A stretch of 64,000 bases of DNA from a virus: the IMG/VR virus record IMGVR_UViG_3300045988_171102; one strand, written 5' to 3'. The translations under genes and the position numbers were made by a program. The notes below the pieces were generated by a model that saw nothing but the letters and a program-made list of their open reading frames with translations, was not told the origin of the DNA and made no database searches. The first letter of the stretch is position 1. Every line of letters starts with the position of its first letter. Shown here one piece after another: positions 18,018-28,529 of this stretch.

Positions 18018-18093
18018 AAATATCCCCCGCTATATTAGTTAATAATAGTATCTGCCTTTATTTCTTCAACCGTAGATTAGTACTCAACAATTA

Positions 18094-18285
18094 TTACTGC
18101 CTGTCAATAATGCAATCTTGATAGCCTAAACCTGTTAATGCGAGTGCAAACTGTTCGGGAGCAATTAAAACAATATCTTTTTTAAAGTCATCATCTGTAA
18201 TAGATATAATAATTTGATTTATATTATTGATATTACGAGAAATAGTTATTTTTGCGTTAGCTTTCATTTGTTCACTCCTCCTCAC
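18094..18285 (-). CDS. small hypothetical protein
   Basis: ORF in track; GAGGAGGAGTGA SD upstream. Confidence 0.5.
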   Translation of the reverse strand: MRRSEQMKANAKITISRNINNINQIIISITDDDFKKDIVLIAPEQFALALTGLGYQDCIIDRQ

Positions 18286-18395
18286 ACTGTTTTTTCACTA
18301 CACTTTTAAAGATAGAAGTTAAAATGTCATTAATGCTTTGAGAATCATTCATCATATGGTCGCCTCCGATCTAAATTTTGTACTTGTTCTAATTG

Positions 18396-18743
18396 TTAAG
18401 CTAATTCTGCGACATAAATATCCCAAATTTCCCACTCTGCATCCGCATCATAATCCTCTTCATCATCCTCATTAAGAGGGATGCTTTGGATGTACAACAC
18501 ATCATAAGTGTATGTATGAAGTCCATGCTCCAATCCCCAAGTTGTTGTACACTTATCTTTTGAAGATTCAAACAACTTTCGAGCCTCCTCTAAAGTGTTA
18601 AATCTGCCGATAACATTATAAGTATCGCCTAAACAATTACCTCCGCAGTAGCACGCATGGTCGGCAAGTTGTTTTGTAGTAAGATTATTTTTACGGTTGC
18701 GATATTCCCAATTTTCCATTCTTACTTCATATACTTTTTTCAT
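18396..18743 (-). CDS. hypothetical protein
   Basis: Start moved to MKKVYEV, which follows SD GGAGGT. The longer track ORF would overlap the upstream gene. Confidence 0.5.
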   Translation of the reverse strand: MKKVYEVRMENWEYRNRKNNLTTKQLADHACYCGGNCLGDTYNVIGRFNTLEEARKLFESSKDKCTTTWGLEHGLHTYTYDVLYIQSIPLNEDDEEDYDADAEWEIWDIYVAELA

Positions 18744-18759
18744 TTTGTATACCTCCATT

Positions 18760-19257
18760 TTATTTGCTATCTTCAAATGGCTCTCGATAAGAATAGTGAT
18801 TCTCTGTACAGAAAACACAACCCCACCAGCAGTGTTGTTGTCCACAAGGTCTAACACCATAGCCATCGTACCCTGCATTAAGCTTGCAACCATCACATTC
18901 GTCTTCCCCTGTGATTGTACAATATCCTTTCCCATCTGGGCAAGGTCTATATATATATGTGTGTGTGTCACCAGTTTTCCTTTCAACAAAGACTATCTCG
19001 CAATTGTCTGTATCGTAAGTTAAAGCAAAACCATCTGTGAAATCTAATGCCTTATTGTTTTTCCAGATTTGCCATTCCTTTACTTTTTCAAATAGTGTTT
19101 GCCAATCACCATTTTTGAAAGTTTTTCGGTCAATTCCATACATATCCACTGTATACTCATGACCGCTTGCCTTGTCGATGACTGTAAGAATCACAACACC
19201 GTTCTTATAATCAATACAAGCGTTGCCATTTGACAAATATTTTGGTCTTAACAGCAT
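18760..19257 (-). CDS. hypothetical protein with Cys-rich C-terminus
   Basis: ORF in track. Confidence 0.5.
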   Translation of the reverse strand: MLLRPKYLSNGNACIDYKNGVVILTVIDKASGHEYTVDMYGIDRKTFKNGDWQTLFEKVKEWQIWKNNKALDFTDGFALTYDTDNCEIVFVERKTGDTHTYIYRPCPDGKGYCTITGEDECDGCKLNAGYDGYGVRPCGQQHCWWGCVFCTENHYSYREPFEDSK

Positions 19258-19293
19258 ATTATATCCTCCTTATGTTTTACCAATTCGACATAC

Positions 19294-19491
19294 TCATATG
19301 CCAATCATCGTATCCATTGTATTGTGTATCAAATCAATGTTTGTTTGGATTTCAAACCGTTCATCTTCTGTTGTTGTATAGGCAATACCGATACATTCAA
19401 GGTTTGAAAAGTCAACATTCTCTGTTCCATATTCTTCTTCGCAAAAATCAGTTATCAACCGTTTTGCATCGTCAATTGTATATTGTCTCAT
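19294..19491 (-). CDS. small hypothetical protein
   Basis: ORF in track, co-directional. Confidence 0.45.
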   Translation of the reverse strand: MRQYTIDDAKRLITDFCEEEYGTENVDFSNLECIGIAYTTTEDERFEIQTNIDLIHNTMDTMIGI

Positions 19492-19531
19492 TTTGTATTC
19501 TCCTTTATTATATCATAATATCAACAATATT

Positions 19532-19762
19532 TCAAGTGAAACTCGCTAATATTTTATTATTTTCCACAATGTTAAGCCAATCTATCGGTTCTTTTGTTCT
19601 CCTGTTTGTGAGTAAACCTTTTCTCAGCAAGGGCAATAATGTATTGAGATGAGTTTTGGCTTCGATATATGTTCCAAACAATCCGTAGGGTACATATGTG
19701 TCAGCATCTTCATTATAACCATTAACACTAAACATGCTCTCTATCTTGTCCACTTTACACAC
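19532..19762 (-). CDS. small hypothetical protein
   Basis: ORF in track, co-directional. Confidence 0.45.
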   Translation of the reverse strand: MCKVDKIESMFSVNGYNEDADTYVPYGLFGTYIEAKTHLNTLLPLLRKGLLTNRRTKEPIDWLNIVENNKILASFT

Positions 19763-19801
19763 TCCTTTTTCTTTATCGGCATTAAAATATCGGTTTTATT
19801 T

Positions 19802-20326
19802 TTAGTCGTCATCTTCTATACATTCATTGTCTAACCATTCATCAAAGCAAGGATAAATCATTCCACCTTTAAATCCTGTATCTTCAAACAAATCAAATGC
19901 ATCCCAAATATCAATAGTCTTATCGTAAAGACAACCTTTAAACACTGGCTCTTTTGCCTGTAACTCCTCATAACAATCGTTAATTTTACTTAAAAAATCT
20001 ATTAGAGAATAACCGTGTGCAGCCATCCATTTTAATTGAAAATCATGATACTGTTTTATAATTTCTCCTTGCTTATTTAGTAATGCCTTTACCATTTGTG
20101 CGTTACCGCAAAATATGTCCATATACCTTTCAAGATTTTTTCGATAAAAACGTCCTTTGTCCAGACTAATCAAGACATTAACAGCATACTCAAAAGTCAA
20201 CATCTCATCATCACGCCCACACAAAGATGTAAAAATATCTTCGATAGTTCCATATTTATCCAGCATTGAAGAATTGATTACCCGATCAATATCGTTGTAT
20301 ATTTTCTGTATTTTTGATATATCCAT
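19802..20326 (-). CDS. hypothetical protein
   Basis: ORF in track. Confidence 0.5.
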   Translation of the reverse strand: MDISKIQKIYNDIDRVINSSMLDKYGTIEDIFTSLCGRDDEMLTFEYAVNVLISLDKGRFYRKNLERYMDIFCGNAQMVKALLNKQGEIIKQYHDFQLKWMAAHGYSLIDFLSKINDCYEELQAKEPVFKGCLYDKTIDIWDAFDLFEDTGFKGGMIYPCFDEWLDNECIEDDD

Positions 20327-20419
20327 ACTTTAATCCTCCTTAATTAAAAAAACTATATTATGTAATATTACATAAACAATTCCGAGTTATAAAAGTGTTT
20401 TAATCTCTGTTTGCCGTAA

Positions 20420-20701
20420 TCAAATCATTATTATATAATTAATGCTATCTGAATCCATCTGAACCTTACAGTCTTGTTTCTTAAACCAATTTGCAACTTC
20501 TGGTGAGATTGTTCTCCCTACACCTAATTGCACCAAATCGTGCCAAATATATGGTATAGTTTCATATTGTACTAAAGTTAATTTATTTTTTCTCATATCC
20601 ACAGCATTATCAATTGATTTCCATTTTATAAAGATTGCTTCTGTTTTTTTATTAGCTCTATACTTTTTGCCGTCATACCATTTATATAACATTTTTTGCA
20701 C
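20420..20701 (-). CDS. hypothetical protein
   Basis: ORF in track. Confidence 0.5.
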   Translation of the reverse strand: MQKMLYKWYDGKKYRANKKTEAIFIKWKSIDNAVDMRKNKLTLVQYETIPYIWHDLVQLGVGRTISPEVANWFKKQDCKVQMDSDSINYIIMI

Positions 20702-20745
20702 CTCATTTATGAATATAACTATTAAACAATCTTAAAAGTAATTAC

Positions 20746-20943
20746 TTACAGATACACTTTACGCAACTCCATATCTGATAATCCGATTGTTCCATCAAGA
20801 AGATTGCATAACATATTATATTGCTCATTCTCATTAGTAGCATTGTTTGAAACGAAATCAAGAATATTACTAATCAGTCGATAACTCTCACCAGTTATAT
20901 TGAAATTTTCTTCAATGTATAACAAAAACTCTGATTTATTCAT
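20746..20943 (-). CDS. small hypothetical protein
   Basis: ORF in track. Confidence 0.45.
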   Translation of the reverse strand: MNKSEFLLYIEENFNITGESYRLISNILDFVSNNATNENEQYNMLCNLLDGTIGLSDMELRKVYL

Positions 20944-20988
20944 TTATATTTCTCCTTATCGTTTATAGTTCTCCTTAAAAGTGCCGTT

Positions 20989-21516
20989 TTAATCTTCTCT
21001 GAATGTACATTTAAGTTCTTTATACCCAACCGGAATATCATCTTCAACGGATATAGCACACCAAGCCCAACCGCCAACTTGATCTTTATTGATGCCATAA
21101 TAATCTCCGTCACCCAAACCGTTGCCTACGGCTGTCAATAACGGCAATGGATGTAAAATCCAACCATTATTATTACATCTTGCTTTATACTTGTCACAAT
21201 CGAGATATGCTCCTATTGTATGATTAACAAGATACTTACCGTCAAGATACATTTCATCCTGATGTATGCTATGTTTTTCAACCTCATCTTCCCAAGCAAA
21301 TTCAAAGAGTGTCTGGTTGATTTCTTTAGAATAATCACCTATCCACGCCACTTTACAGGGATTTTTATATAACAATTTTGCAATTGAAGAAACAAATGGA
21401 TTATACCACCACGAATGTTCTGTCAATTTTGGCATTGTGTACTTGCCATCAACTTTTTTGTTGTATGTGATTATTCTGTTGTTATTATAGACTACAACAT
21501 TATAATACTGCCCCAT
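20989..21516 (-). CDS. hypothetical protein
   Basis: ORF in track. Confidence 0.5.
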   Translation of the reverse strand: MGQYYNVVVYNNNRIITYNKKVDGKYTMPKLTEHSWWYNPFVSSIAKLLYKNPCKVAWIGDYSKEINQTLFEFAWEDEVEKHSIHQDEMYLDGKYLVNHTIGAYLDCDKYKARCNNNGWILHPLPLLTAVGNGLGDGDYYGINKDQVGGWAWCAISVEDDIPVGYKELKCTFRED

Positions 21517-21518
21517 AA

Positions 21519-21722
21519 TTAAACCTCCTGTACACCTGCAATCGTTTCAAGCACTTTATACAATACTCTGTACCCTTCTGGATTATATGGATTTTGAGTT
21601 GCTGCTAATAATCCGAGTAAACCGTCTGTACATTCCATTATAGTTTGCCTGCTTGGATTATAAAAAGCAATCAAACATAAAGCTTCAGCTACATCTTCTG
21701 GATAGTATTTTACTGTAAACAT
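21519..21722 (-). CDS. small hypothetical protein
   Basis: ORF in track; 2-nt gap to neighbours. Confidence 0.5.
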   Translation of the reverse strand: MFTVKYYPEDVAEALCLIAFYNPSRQTIMECTDGLLGLLAATQNPYNPEGYRVLYKVLETIAGVQEV

Positions 21723-21724
21723 AA

Positions 21725-21997
21725 TTAAATCTCCCTATACATTTTCTTTGCGGTTGGTACGCCATACTCTTGAACAAGATTCCAAAGCACATCCAACCCT
21801 TGTATATCTATATGCAAAATTTCTGTCGAATCTACAACACCTTGCAACCAAGCTTGTGCTGTTTCATCTGCAATATTCATGAATTTTCCATATATCTTTT
21901 TACCAGTATCGGATTCTAAAAGAACAGGTAAATCTTTGGAATAAATTTCTTTCCTTGTATATGGTTGTTTCTTTATGATACTTTTTGATCTCCCCAT
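21725..21997 (-). CDS. small hypothetical protein
   Basis: ORF in track; overlaps the end of the methylase-helicase gene. Confidence 0.5.
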   Translation of the reverse strand: MGRSKSIIKKQPYTRKEIYSKDLPVLLESDTGKKIYGKFMNIADETAQAWLQGVVDSTEILHIDIQGLDVLWNLVQEYGVPTAKKMYREI

Positions 21998-24957
21998 CTT
22001 ATTACATAACCTTCTTCCGTTTTTTCTTTATACATGAGGTTCTGCAACATATTACTATCCACTCCAAAACGTTCATATAATTCATCGTCTGTCAAATCCT
22101 GATCCTTCATAAACAGATTTAATTTGTCTTTTACAAGAATCATTTTTAACAGATTGCTTTCAATACTATTCTCGTAAGTTACAAAATACACTTGCTTGAA
22201 TTCCGTTGAAGTATAACGAATAAAGCGGAAATAATACTGACTCATGCTGGAGTTGTTCCAGTGCAATTCTGGAATAATACACTTATTCACAAAATCAATA
22301 TTCATACTTGCAGATAAGCTCTGCTGTGTGCTTATTAGAATTCCGTTTGTTGTTTCTTTTAACTCTTTGACAATTTTCTTTCTCTGTTTCAATGTAGTTT
22401 CATTTCCAGTAATCACAAATACAGGTCTACCCGGAAATGCTTTTTTGATTTCCTTTGCATATGCATCTACTACTGAAATATGACGCACACCAATAGCAAC
22501 TCTTTCATCAGAAAATTCGTCTAAAAGTGATAATACAGTTTTGAATTTTTCCGGCATTATCGACTGATTGTACTCTCTCAACATCTGAGGCGCAGCGCAA
22601 ATCTTCAAAAGTGCAAGCAACTGATTCAAAATTTTCAACATTGCATCTTTCCGGCTGTTCCCAGTTTTCGCAAACAGATATTCCATTTTATAGAACTCAT
22701 CCAATGCAACCTTATACAGACGTTTCTCTTCTTCTCCCATTTCACAAGCAATCTGTATAATCTCATAAAGCTGTTTGCCAGTAATTTCTTCAAATGTACG
22801 TGTGATAATCGTCTTATCAATCATCTGTTTCAAAATGTCTGCATTAAGAATATCTTGTGTGAACTGAGATACGCCAAATACAGTGATTTTCTCTGGAATA
22901 TGACTCGCTGCAAATAACTTACTACCCTTACGATATGCTGGATATGGCTGTAAAAAATATTCATTTATCCGGTTTTCCAGTTCTCCATCTTTGTTGCGTT
23001 CCATAATATACTCACATTCAGACAGCATATTGATAGAATTGTTGTACAATAATTCAAACTGAGGATAAATTTCAGTGATATTATTCCTTGTGCTTGTACC
23101 CGTCATCAGTGTTTTATACTTCAGCCGGCGAAAAGCATTTAATACGGCTTTTGTCCGTTTACTATCCTGATTACTCATATTATCCGATTCGTCAAAAATC
23201 AAAACGGCTTTCTGGCAGATTGATTTTACATATCGCTTGATGAATTTATGATATTTACACATCATATTTAAAGTGATAATTACAAATTGACCTTCTTTGA
23301 TATTTTGAATATCTGCAAGGTTTCCAATCATAACAAAATCAATACCGTACTGATCCAATACATCCTGCCAATTGTTCTTGATTGAGATTGCCGTACTCAC
23401 AATAAATACATTTTTCACATGATCGTGCTGCAAACGATATTTACCTATTGCAATTCCGGCGAATGTTTTACCGCTTCCCTGTTCCCACTGTATGAAACTA
23501 TATGGTTTCTGAATAAACAGATTCAGATCCGCTTTCTGAGCATCATTCAGCTTTATAGTTCTTTCATCATCCGTCAATGTAAACTCATCAAGCCACTTTG
23601 CTATTTTTTTGTTTGGTTGCATTTCAGAAAATGGCATATTCTGGATATCATACATCTTTCGCTTTTTATTCACGATCTTATCAATCCATTTTGACTGAAA
23701 ATGCCCCATTGAAAAGCCTTGCAACACAACATCGTTTATAGATGTAAAATCGCCATTATACTCAAATGTATAATTGTTTTTAATAATTCTACCAGTTCTA
23801 TCAAGTTTTGGATTCTGTGAACATAACGCCATTTTTAAATGCTTAATAACATCTTTCGGCTTGATTTTAAGTTGTTCCCATTCGTCCCATTTGATATGAT
23901 CCGGTTTTTTCTGTGTCTTATACCTATTGACATATTCACAACATTCTGCATACTGGCTGCATGTTTTCGGATTTCGTTTGATATCATACAGGAGTTTCTC
24001 AACCTTAAAACTCCACGCTTCATCGTCTTTACTATTTCTTACGGTTTCCAGAAAAATCTTGTTTTTAATCTGTTCTCTTTCTTCTGTAATAGGCTTTAAA
24101 TACTGCTCCCATACTTCATCGGAAGTAACACCGGAAAGTATCTCTGTACTATATGGAACTTCTTTCGTATATTCAGATTTTTTCTGAAAGAACACTATTT
24201 TGGTCTTGTAGTTCTCAACGCCCAAATGCTTAAAAGTATTCTTGTCAAGTTCTACTTGGCAGATAAAATTAAAATGCTCATTCATTCCGTCAATCATGCC
24301 ACCATCAGAGAAACTGTCAGCACAAAACGACATAGGCACGATAATAGCCATAATTCCGGCTGGCTTTAACAGTTCCGCAGCTTTCAGACAATAATAATAT
24401 TCTGACAAATAGTTACTGTCATCTTTTCTCCATCTCAGATTATACGGTGGATTTCCCAGAACATAATCAAAAGTAATTTTCGGCTCATAAAAACGAATAT
24501 CTGTATTTTCCAGCTTTGCATCTGGATAAAGGTATTTTGCCACTCTGTACGGCTTCCCGTCTAATTCGCAACCGTAAAAATTCGATTCAACCGGCGCACA
24601 ACTAATAAATGAACCATGTCCACAAGTAAGATCTGCTATCAAATCAGTATTTGAAATATGTAAACAATTATAAATCCATTCAACCAGCTTATAAGGTGTA
24701 AAGAACTGTCCTTGCTCAATATCTGCTTTCGCTCTCTGATAATCATAGTAACTATCATAGTTGTTGAACTCTAAACCATGAAGCCCACCTAATCCAGTAT
24801 ATGCATTGAAAATATCATCTTTTGAAATACCTGTTTCTACTTCTGGCAAATCGTTATTCACAATATATTCAATTTTTGTATTGATGTCTTCCCTCATTTT
24901 CTGTGGGATTACTTCATTTGTACATTTATACTTCATGACTTGTATATCTCCATTCAA
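21973..24957 (-). CDS. fusion of N6-adenine DNA methyltransferase (N-terminal) and SNF2-family helicase (C-terminal)
   Basis: Methyltransferase motif I DLTCGHGSF and motif IV GNPPYNLRW. Helicase Walker A QGSGKTFAG, motif II LIFDESDN and SNF2-type motif III LMTGTSTRNN. Confidence 0.8.
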   Translation of the reverse strand: MNGDIQVMKYKCTNEVIPQKMREDINTKIEYIVNNDLPEVETGISKDDIFNAYTGLGGLHGLEFNNYDSYYDYQRAKADIEQGQFFTPYKLVEWIYNCLHISNTDLIADLTCGHGSFISCAPVESNFYGCELDGKPYRVAKYLYPDAKLENTDIRFYEPKITFDYVLGNPPYNLRWRKDDSNYLSEYYYCLKAAELLKPAGIMAIIVPMSFCADSFSDGGMIDGMNEHFNFICQVELDKNTFKHLGVENYKTKIVFFQKKSEYTKEVPYSTEILSGVTSDEVWEQYLKPITEEREQIKNKIFLETVRNSKDDEAWSFKVEKLLYDIKRNPKTCSQYAECCEYVNRYKTQKKPDHIKWDEWEQLKIKPKDVIKHLKMALCSQNPKLDRTGRIIKNNYTFEYNGDFTSINDVVLQGFSMGHFQSKWIDKIVNKKRKMYDIQNMPFSEMQPNKKIAKWLDEFTLTDDERTIKLNDAQKADLNLFIQKPYSFIQWEQGSGKTFAGIAIGKYRLQHDHVKNVFIVSTAISIKNNWQDVLDQYGIDFVMIGNLADIQNIKEGQFVIITLNMMCKYHKFIKRYVKSICQKAVLIFDESDNMSNQDSKRTKAVLNAFRRLKYKTLMTGTSTRNNITEIYPQFELLYNNSINMLSECEYIMERNKDGELENRINEYFLQPYPAYRKGSKLFAASHIPEKITVFGVSQFTQDILNADILKQMIDKTIITRTFEEITGKQLYEIIQIACEMGEEEKRLYKVALDEFYKMEYLFAKTGNSRKDAMLKILNQLLALLKICAAPQMLREYNQSIMPEKFKTVLSLLDEFSDERVAIGVRHISVVDAYAKEIKKAFPGRPVFVITGNETTLKQRKKIVKELKETTNGILISTQQSLSASMNIDFVNKCIIPELHWNNSSMSQYYFRFIRYTSTEFKQVYFVTYENSIESNLLKMILVKDKLNLFMKDQDLTDDELYERFGVDSNMLQNLMYKEKTEEGYVIRWGDQKVS

Positions 24958-24987
24958 TTACATTTATTATCGTGTATATGATTCCTC

Positions 24988-25854
24988 CTAAATAAGTGTA
25001 TAACCACACCATTCTCTTGCGAATTTACGGCAAAATTCTGCATCTGTAAAAGTAACATCAACCCTTCCATTCTTGAAGAGTTTGATATGCTTGACTCCGA
25101 CCTCTGGTGCTGAAAATCCATTCTGAAAATCATCCTCTTCAAGTCTTATAGAATAAGAGTCATATAGATGATTCAGTGAATAAACTTGTGTTTTTTCTCC
25201 ATATGTATTAAATGCCAACGCATCAATAAAAGCACATAACCATTCTGTACCACCGAAATTGTAATAATCAAAATATTTTTCTTTACTACAATAACCACCT
25301 GTATATGTGAATTTATTACCTTTTACTTTAATTTTCCATGTATCACGATAGCCGTTGTAACATTTTTCTTTCAATTTATCTTTTATTTCTTTGATAGCCT
25401 TTTCTTCAAAACTCATACCGCCTAACTGGTCAAAAATCTTGTCAAGCACTGCATGGTAGTCAATGAAGTCAACAACAAGCTCTTTGATAGGTTCTGAGTC
25501 AGTGTATCTGTAATATTCTCTATCCAGATCATATCTATCAAAATTGTTTTCAAGTTGCACATTATACTTATTTGAAAAGTAACTGAAAATACCGCTTATA
25601 TAATTATTTTGAACATCAGAAAGCGATTTTGGGACACCAAAATTCCCAACTAAAAAAGAAGAATACTTGTAATTTTTGCGGTCTTCTTCTGAATATGATT
25701 CATTTTCTGCCTTATAGATATTATAAACAGACTTGTAAACTGCAATTGCTCGTTTGTATAATTCCTCTCTGTGAGTCAACCATGCTTGATCTTCCTTGCT
25801 GATTCTATCAGATTTCTTAATTTGAAAGTTTCCGAATTTATCTGTAATTCCCAT
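24988..25854 (-). CDS. hypothetical protein
   Basis: ORF in track. Confidence 0.5.
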   Translation of the reverse strand: MGITDKFGNFQIKKSDRISKEDQAWLTHREELYKRAIAVYKSVYNIYKAENESYSEEDRKNYKYSSFLVGNFGVPKSLSDVQNNYISGIFSYFSNKYNVQLENNFDRYDLDREYYRYTDSEPIKELVVDFIDYHAVLDKIFDQLGGMSFEEKAIKEIKDKLKEKCYNGYRDTWKIKVKGNKFTYTGGYCSKEKYFDYYNFGGTEWLCAFIDALAFNTYGEKTQVYSLNHLYDSYSIRLEEDDFQNGFSAPEVGVKHIKLFKNGRVDVTFTDAEFCRKFAREWCGYTLI

Positions 25855-25911
25855 TTTATAACTCTCCTTTATACTTTTAATTTTTAACCTGTACGATGCA
25901 TTGTTTTCTCT

Positions 25912-27741
25912 TTAAAATACAGGCTTATATGTATTGATAATAGGTTTCAATCCTTGTTCCGCAAAGTATTCAAGTATAGCATCATACTGCTTTCTATCAA
26001 ATAATGCCCATTTAGATTTTTGTGTAATACAATGTTCTTTGTATGATATATCAAACAGAACTGTATCAGGAAGGTCATACCATCCATTGTAGATGATAAC
26101 ATCTCCATAAAACCACTTATAATAAAGACCTTTCTTTCTATGCGGCTTGAATGTCATTTTCACAGAATTATCATACTGTGCGTATTGCCCGATTTCGTAA
26201 CTATGAAATGTTACTTTTGATACCGACATCATACCAAAGTCGCTATACTTTACGATTGTGATTCTCTGTCCTGCCTCAAGGTTTGTATTTTTGAATTGTT
26301 CCGCTATGCTGTCAACTTCTGTAAGAACCTTATACATAACCGTTTTAAGTTCGGGAATTGTAATTGCTCTGACAATGCCGGCATTCAACTTGAATTTATT
26401 TGCATAAATCCATTCTTTCATACAAGCCTTATATAAATCAAAATCTTCATCCTGCCATGTCTTTTTGATTTCATTTTGGCTGATAATCTCGGTGCTGACA
26501 TCTTCAATAGTTTCTGCAAGTTCAATATTATGCTGATGTTCTTCTTCACTAATACCATAATCTGAATGGTAAGTGTCAACCTTTTGGCTCTGCTCATCGT
26601 AAACATATACATATCTTGCATAATTGTAACCCTGTGGATCAACGATAAGTTTCAGTTCACCATCACAATATATAGCAACGCAATCAATATTGTACCACTC
26701 GACAGTTTCCCTTTCTTCTTCGGTCATCATATCGTAGTCTATTGATGATTGGATTCTACTGTCATCTGTACGGCTTCCGCCCATTCCATCAAAGAATGAA
26801 TAATCGCTCATCAACTGTTTTTCAAAAAGTGCATAGACCTCTGTGGTAAAATGTACTTCTCTGGAAACCTGACAAGTTTCTCTACACTGTTTTTCATCAT
26901 AAATTTCAGTGTGGTCAAGGTTGTCATCTTTGTTAGCCTTTAGAATGGCATTCACGATAGTATAATCAACCGCTTTAATCTCTGCGTTCTTTTCAATTCT
27001 GCGGATTTTCTTCTGTCGTTCTGCTTCTGCTTTTTCATACTCCGCCTGCCTGATTTTATATTCTTCAACACCTTTTTTAATTCGTTCTTCTTCCTGCTTC
27101 TTTTGTTCGGCATCAAACTCTGATTTTTTTACAAGAAAATCTGTTTCAAGCTCTGTTTCGTTCGGTTTACATTCACGCTGATTATAGTTGTAATTTACAA
27201 TGTCATTTTTATAAACGCCGTAAAAATTGACATCAAAATAATCTGTCATGCTGTCGCTGTTGTCATAATTCCAGCTCTGCGCATATGTATAAGCATAATT
27301 AACAATAGCCTTCAAAGCCTCTGAATTCCGTGAAAATGGGCTTTCAAGCAATTCAACACGAATACTGTTATAATCACTCGTAACCGACCATTTGCACATT
27401 GAAAACCTATTCCGTAAATGTTTACGAATATTGGCAGCAATTTCTTTTGTATTCGTTATGTGGGTTTTACCGTAATTATCTTCAATTCCTTCTGTATGTG
27501 TTAAAGACCATAAGTCAATGTTAGTTTCTGTTTTTGGCTTATACTCAAAACTGCCTTCCGATTCTGAAATTTGATTAGCAAGAGCAACCGTGTCATCGTT
27601 TTGTTTTGCGTACCACATCCGCTGTTTTCCATTCCAACGAAATCCCGCTTCTTTAATGGCAGTAATAACATCTGTATTCGGTTTAGTGTCAAAGCGTAAT
27701 TCAATGCCGTTCTTCTCTGTATTTAATGTAATGTTTAACAT
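25912..27741 (-). CDS. large hypothetical protein (609 aa) with a small N-terminal domain seen in polyvalent proteins of mobile elements, plus a coiled-coil segment
   Basis: N-terminus NGIELRFDTKPNTDVITAIKEAGFRWNGKQRMWYAK. Recalled from memory as a module common in conjugative-element and phage multidomain proteins; not verified. Confidence 0.5.
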   Translation of the reverse strand: MLNITLNTEKNGIELRFDTKPNTDVITAIKEAGFRWNGKQRMWYAKQNDDTVALANQISESEGSFEYKPKTETNIDLWSLTHTEGIEDNYGKTHITNTKEIAANIRKHLRNRFSMCKWSVTSDYNSIRVELLESPFSRNSEALKAIVNYAYTYAQSWNYDNSDSMTDYFDVNFYGVYKNDIVNYNYNQRECKPNETELETDFLVKKSEFDAEQKKQEEERIKKGVEEYKIRQAEYEKAEAERQKKIRRIEKNAEIKAVDYTIVNAILKANKDDNLDHTEIYDEKQCRETCQVSREVHFTTEVYALFEKQLMSDYSFFDGMGGSRTDDSRIQSSIDYDMMTEEERETVEWYNIDCVAIYCDGELKLIVDPQGYNYARYVYVYDEQSQKVDTYHSDYGISEEEHQHNIELAETIEDVSTEIISQNEIKKTWQDEDFDLYKACMKEWIYANKFKLNAGIVRAITIPELKTVMYKVLTEVDSIAEQFKNTNLEAGQRITIVKYSDFGMMSVSKVTFHSYEIGQYAQYDNSVKMTFKPHRKKGLYYKWFYGDVIIYNGWYDLPDTVLFDISYKEHCITQKSKWALFDRKQYDAILEYFAEQGLKPIINTYKPVF

Positions 27742-27796
27742 AATGTTACCTCCTTAACATTCTGTTTTATTCCTGAGAATGCTACACAATTTTTAA

Positions 27797-27964
27797 TTAT
27801 TCAAATTTAGCACCACTGAAATACCATCCGGGATGGCGTTTCAAAAGGTTTTTCAACTCATTATAACTATAACCAACGCACCATACTACAATACGACCGT
27901 CTTTGTCTCTGATGCATTGTTCTGTTCCTTTTTTTCTACTTCTACAATAATCTGCCCATGCCAT
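27797..27964 (-). CDS. small hypothetical protein (55 aa)
   Basis: Own translation MAWADYCRSRKKGTEQCIRDKDGRIVVWCVGYSYNELKNLLKRHPGWYFSGAKFE. Strong SD AAGGAGGAA upstream. Confidence 0.45.
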   Translation of the reverse strand: MAWADYCRSRKKGTEQCIRDKDGRIVVWCVGYSYNELKNLLKRHPGWYFSGAKFE

Positions 27965-28003
27965 AATATTTTCCTCCTTAAAATCAATGAAATGTTAGTT
28001 TTA

Positions 28004-28228
28004 TTACCATTTAATGTTTCCAACTTTGATATAACTATTTTCATACATCATTTCAGCAGTGTCAGATACCTTTATATCTTCCAAAGTGCAATGCTCGGAC
28101 TCTATCTGCTCGAATTGCTCCCGCAAGCCCTCACCAAAAGCAATAGCACATCTTTTATTTACAACTTCCTTTTTGTCTCCCAGATATTTCGTCCGATGTC
28201 CTTTTGCGTGATACTTCACAACAAACAT
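28004..28228 (-). CDS. small hypothetical protein
   Basis: ORF in track; GAGGAGGAA SD upstream. Confidence 0.5.
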   Translation of the reverse strand: MFVVKYHAKGHRTKYLGDKKEVVNKRCAIAFGEGLREQFEQIESEHCTLEDIKVSDTAEMMYENSYIKVGNIKW

Positions 28229-28529
28229 TTTGATTATTCCTCCTCGATAATTTCTAACTCCCGCATTCCCACTCCCATTCCGCTTCTCTAAACTTCTTCA
28301 TAAACTCATCAAAAGAAAGATTTTTCCAGTCATTGATTGTTTTCTTATTCCATCTACATTTTGCTCTGTTGAATTTGAAAGCCGTCAAGCCAGATGTTCC
28401 GAAGGATACAAAAGCAACTACTTGATATATCCATATCCTCTTTATATATGCTATTCTTTAACCTTTCTCTATATCTTTCGTAGTTTTGTTTTAGGATTTC
28501 AATATCTCTGTTGTTCATATTTTCACCCC

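Noticed and set aside
28229-28529. Two overlapping minus-strand frames. One starts MNNRDIEILKQNYERY... The other, ...VVAFVSFGTSGLTAFKFNRAKCRWNKKTINDW..., has no obvious start. Together they resemble a frameshifted gene.
   Set aside because: I could not decide by eye between two small genes, a programmed frameshift, a pseudogene or a sequencing error. I did not call it, but it is worth a look with read data.
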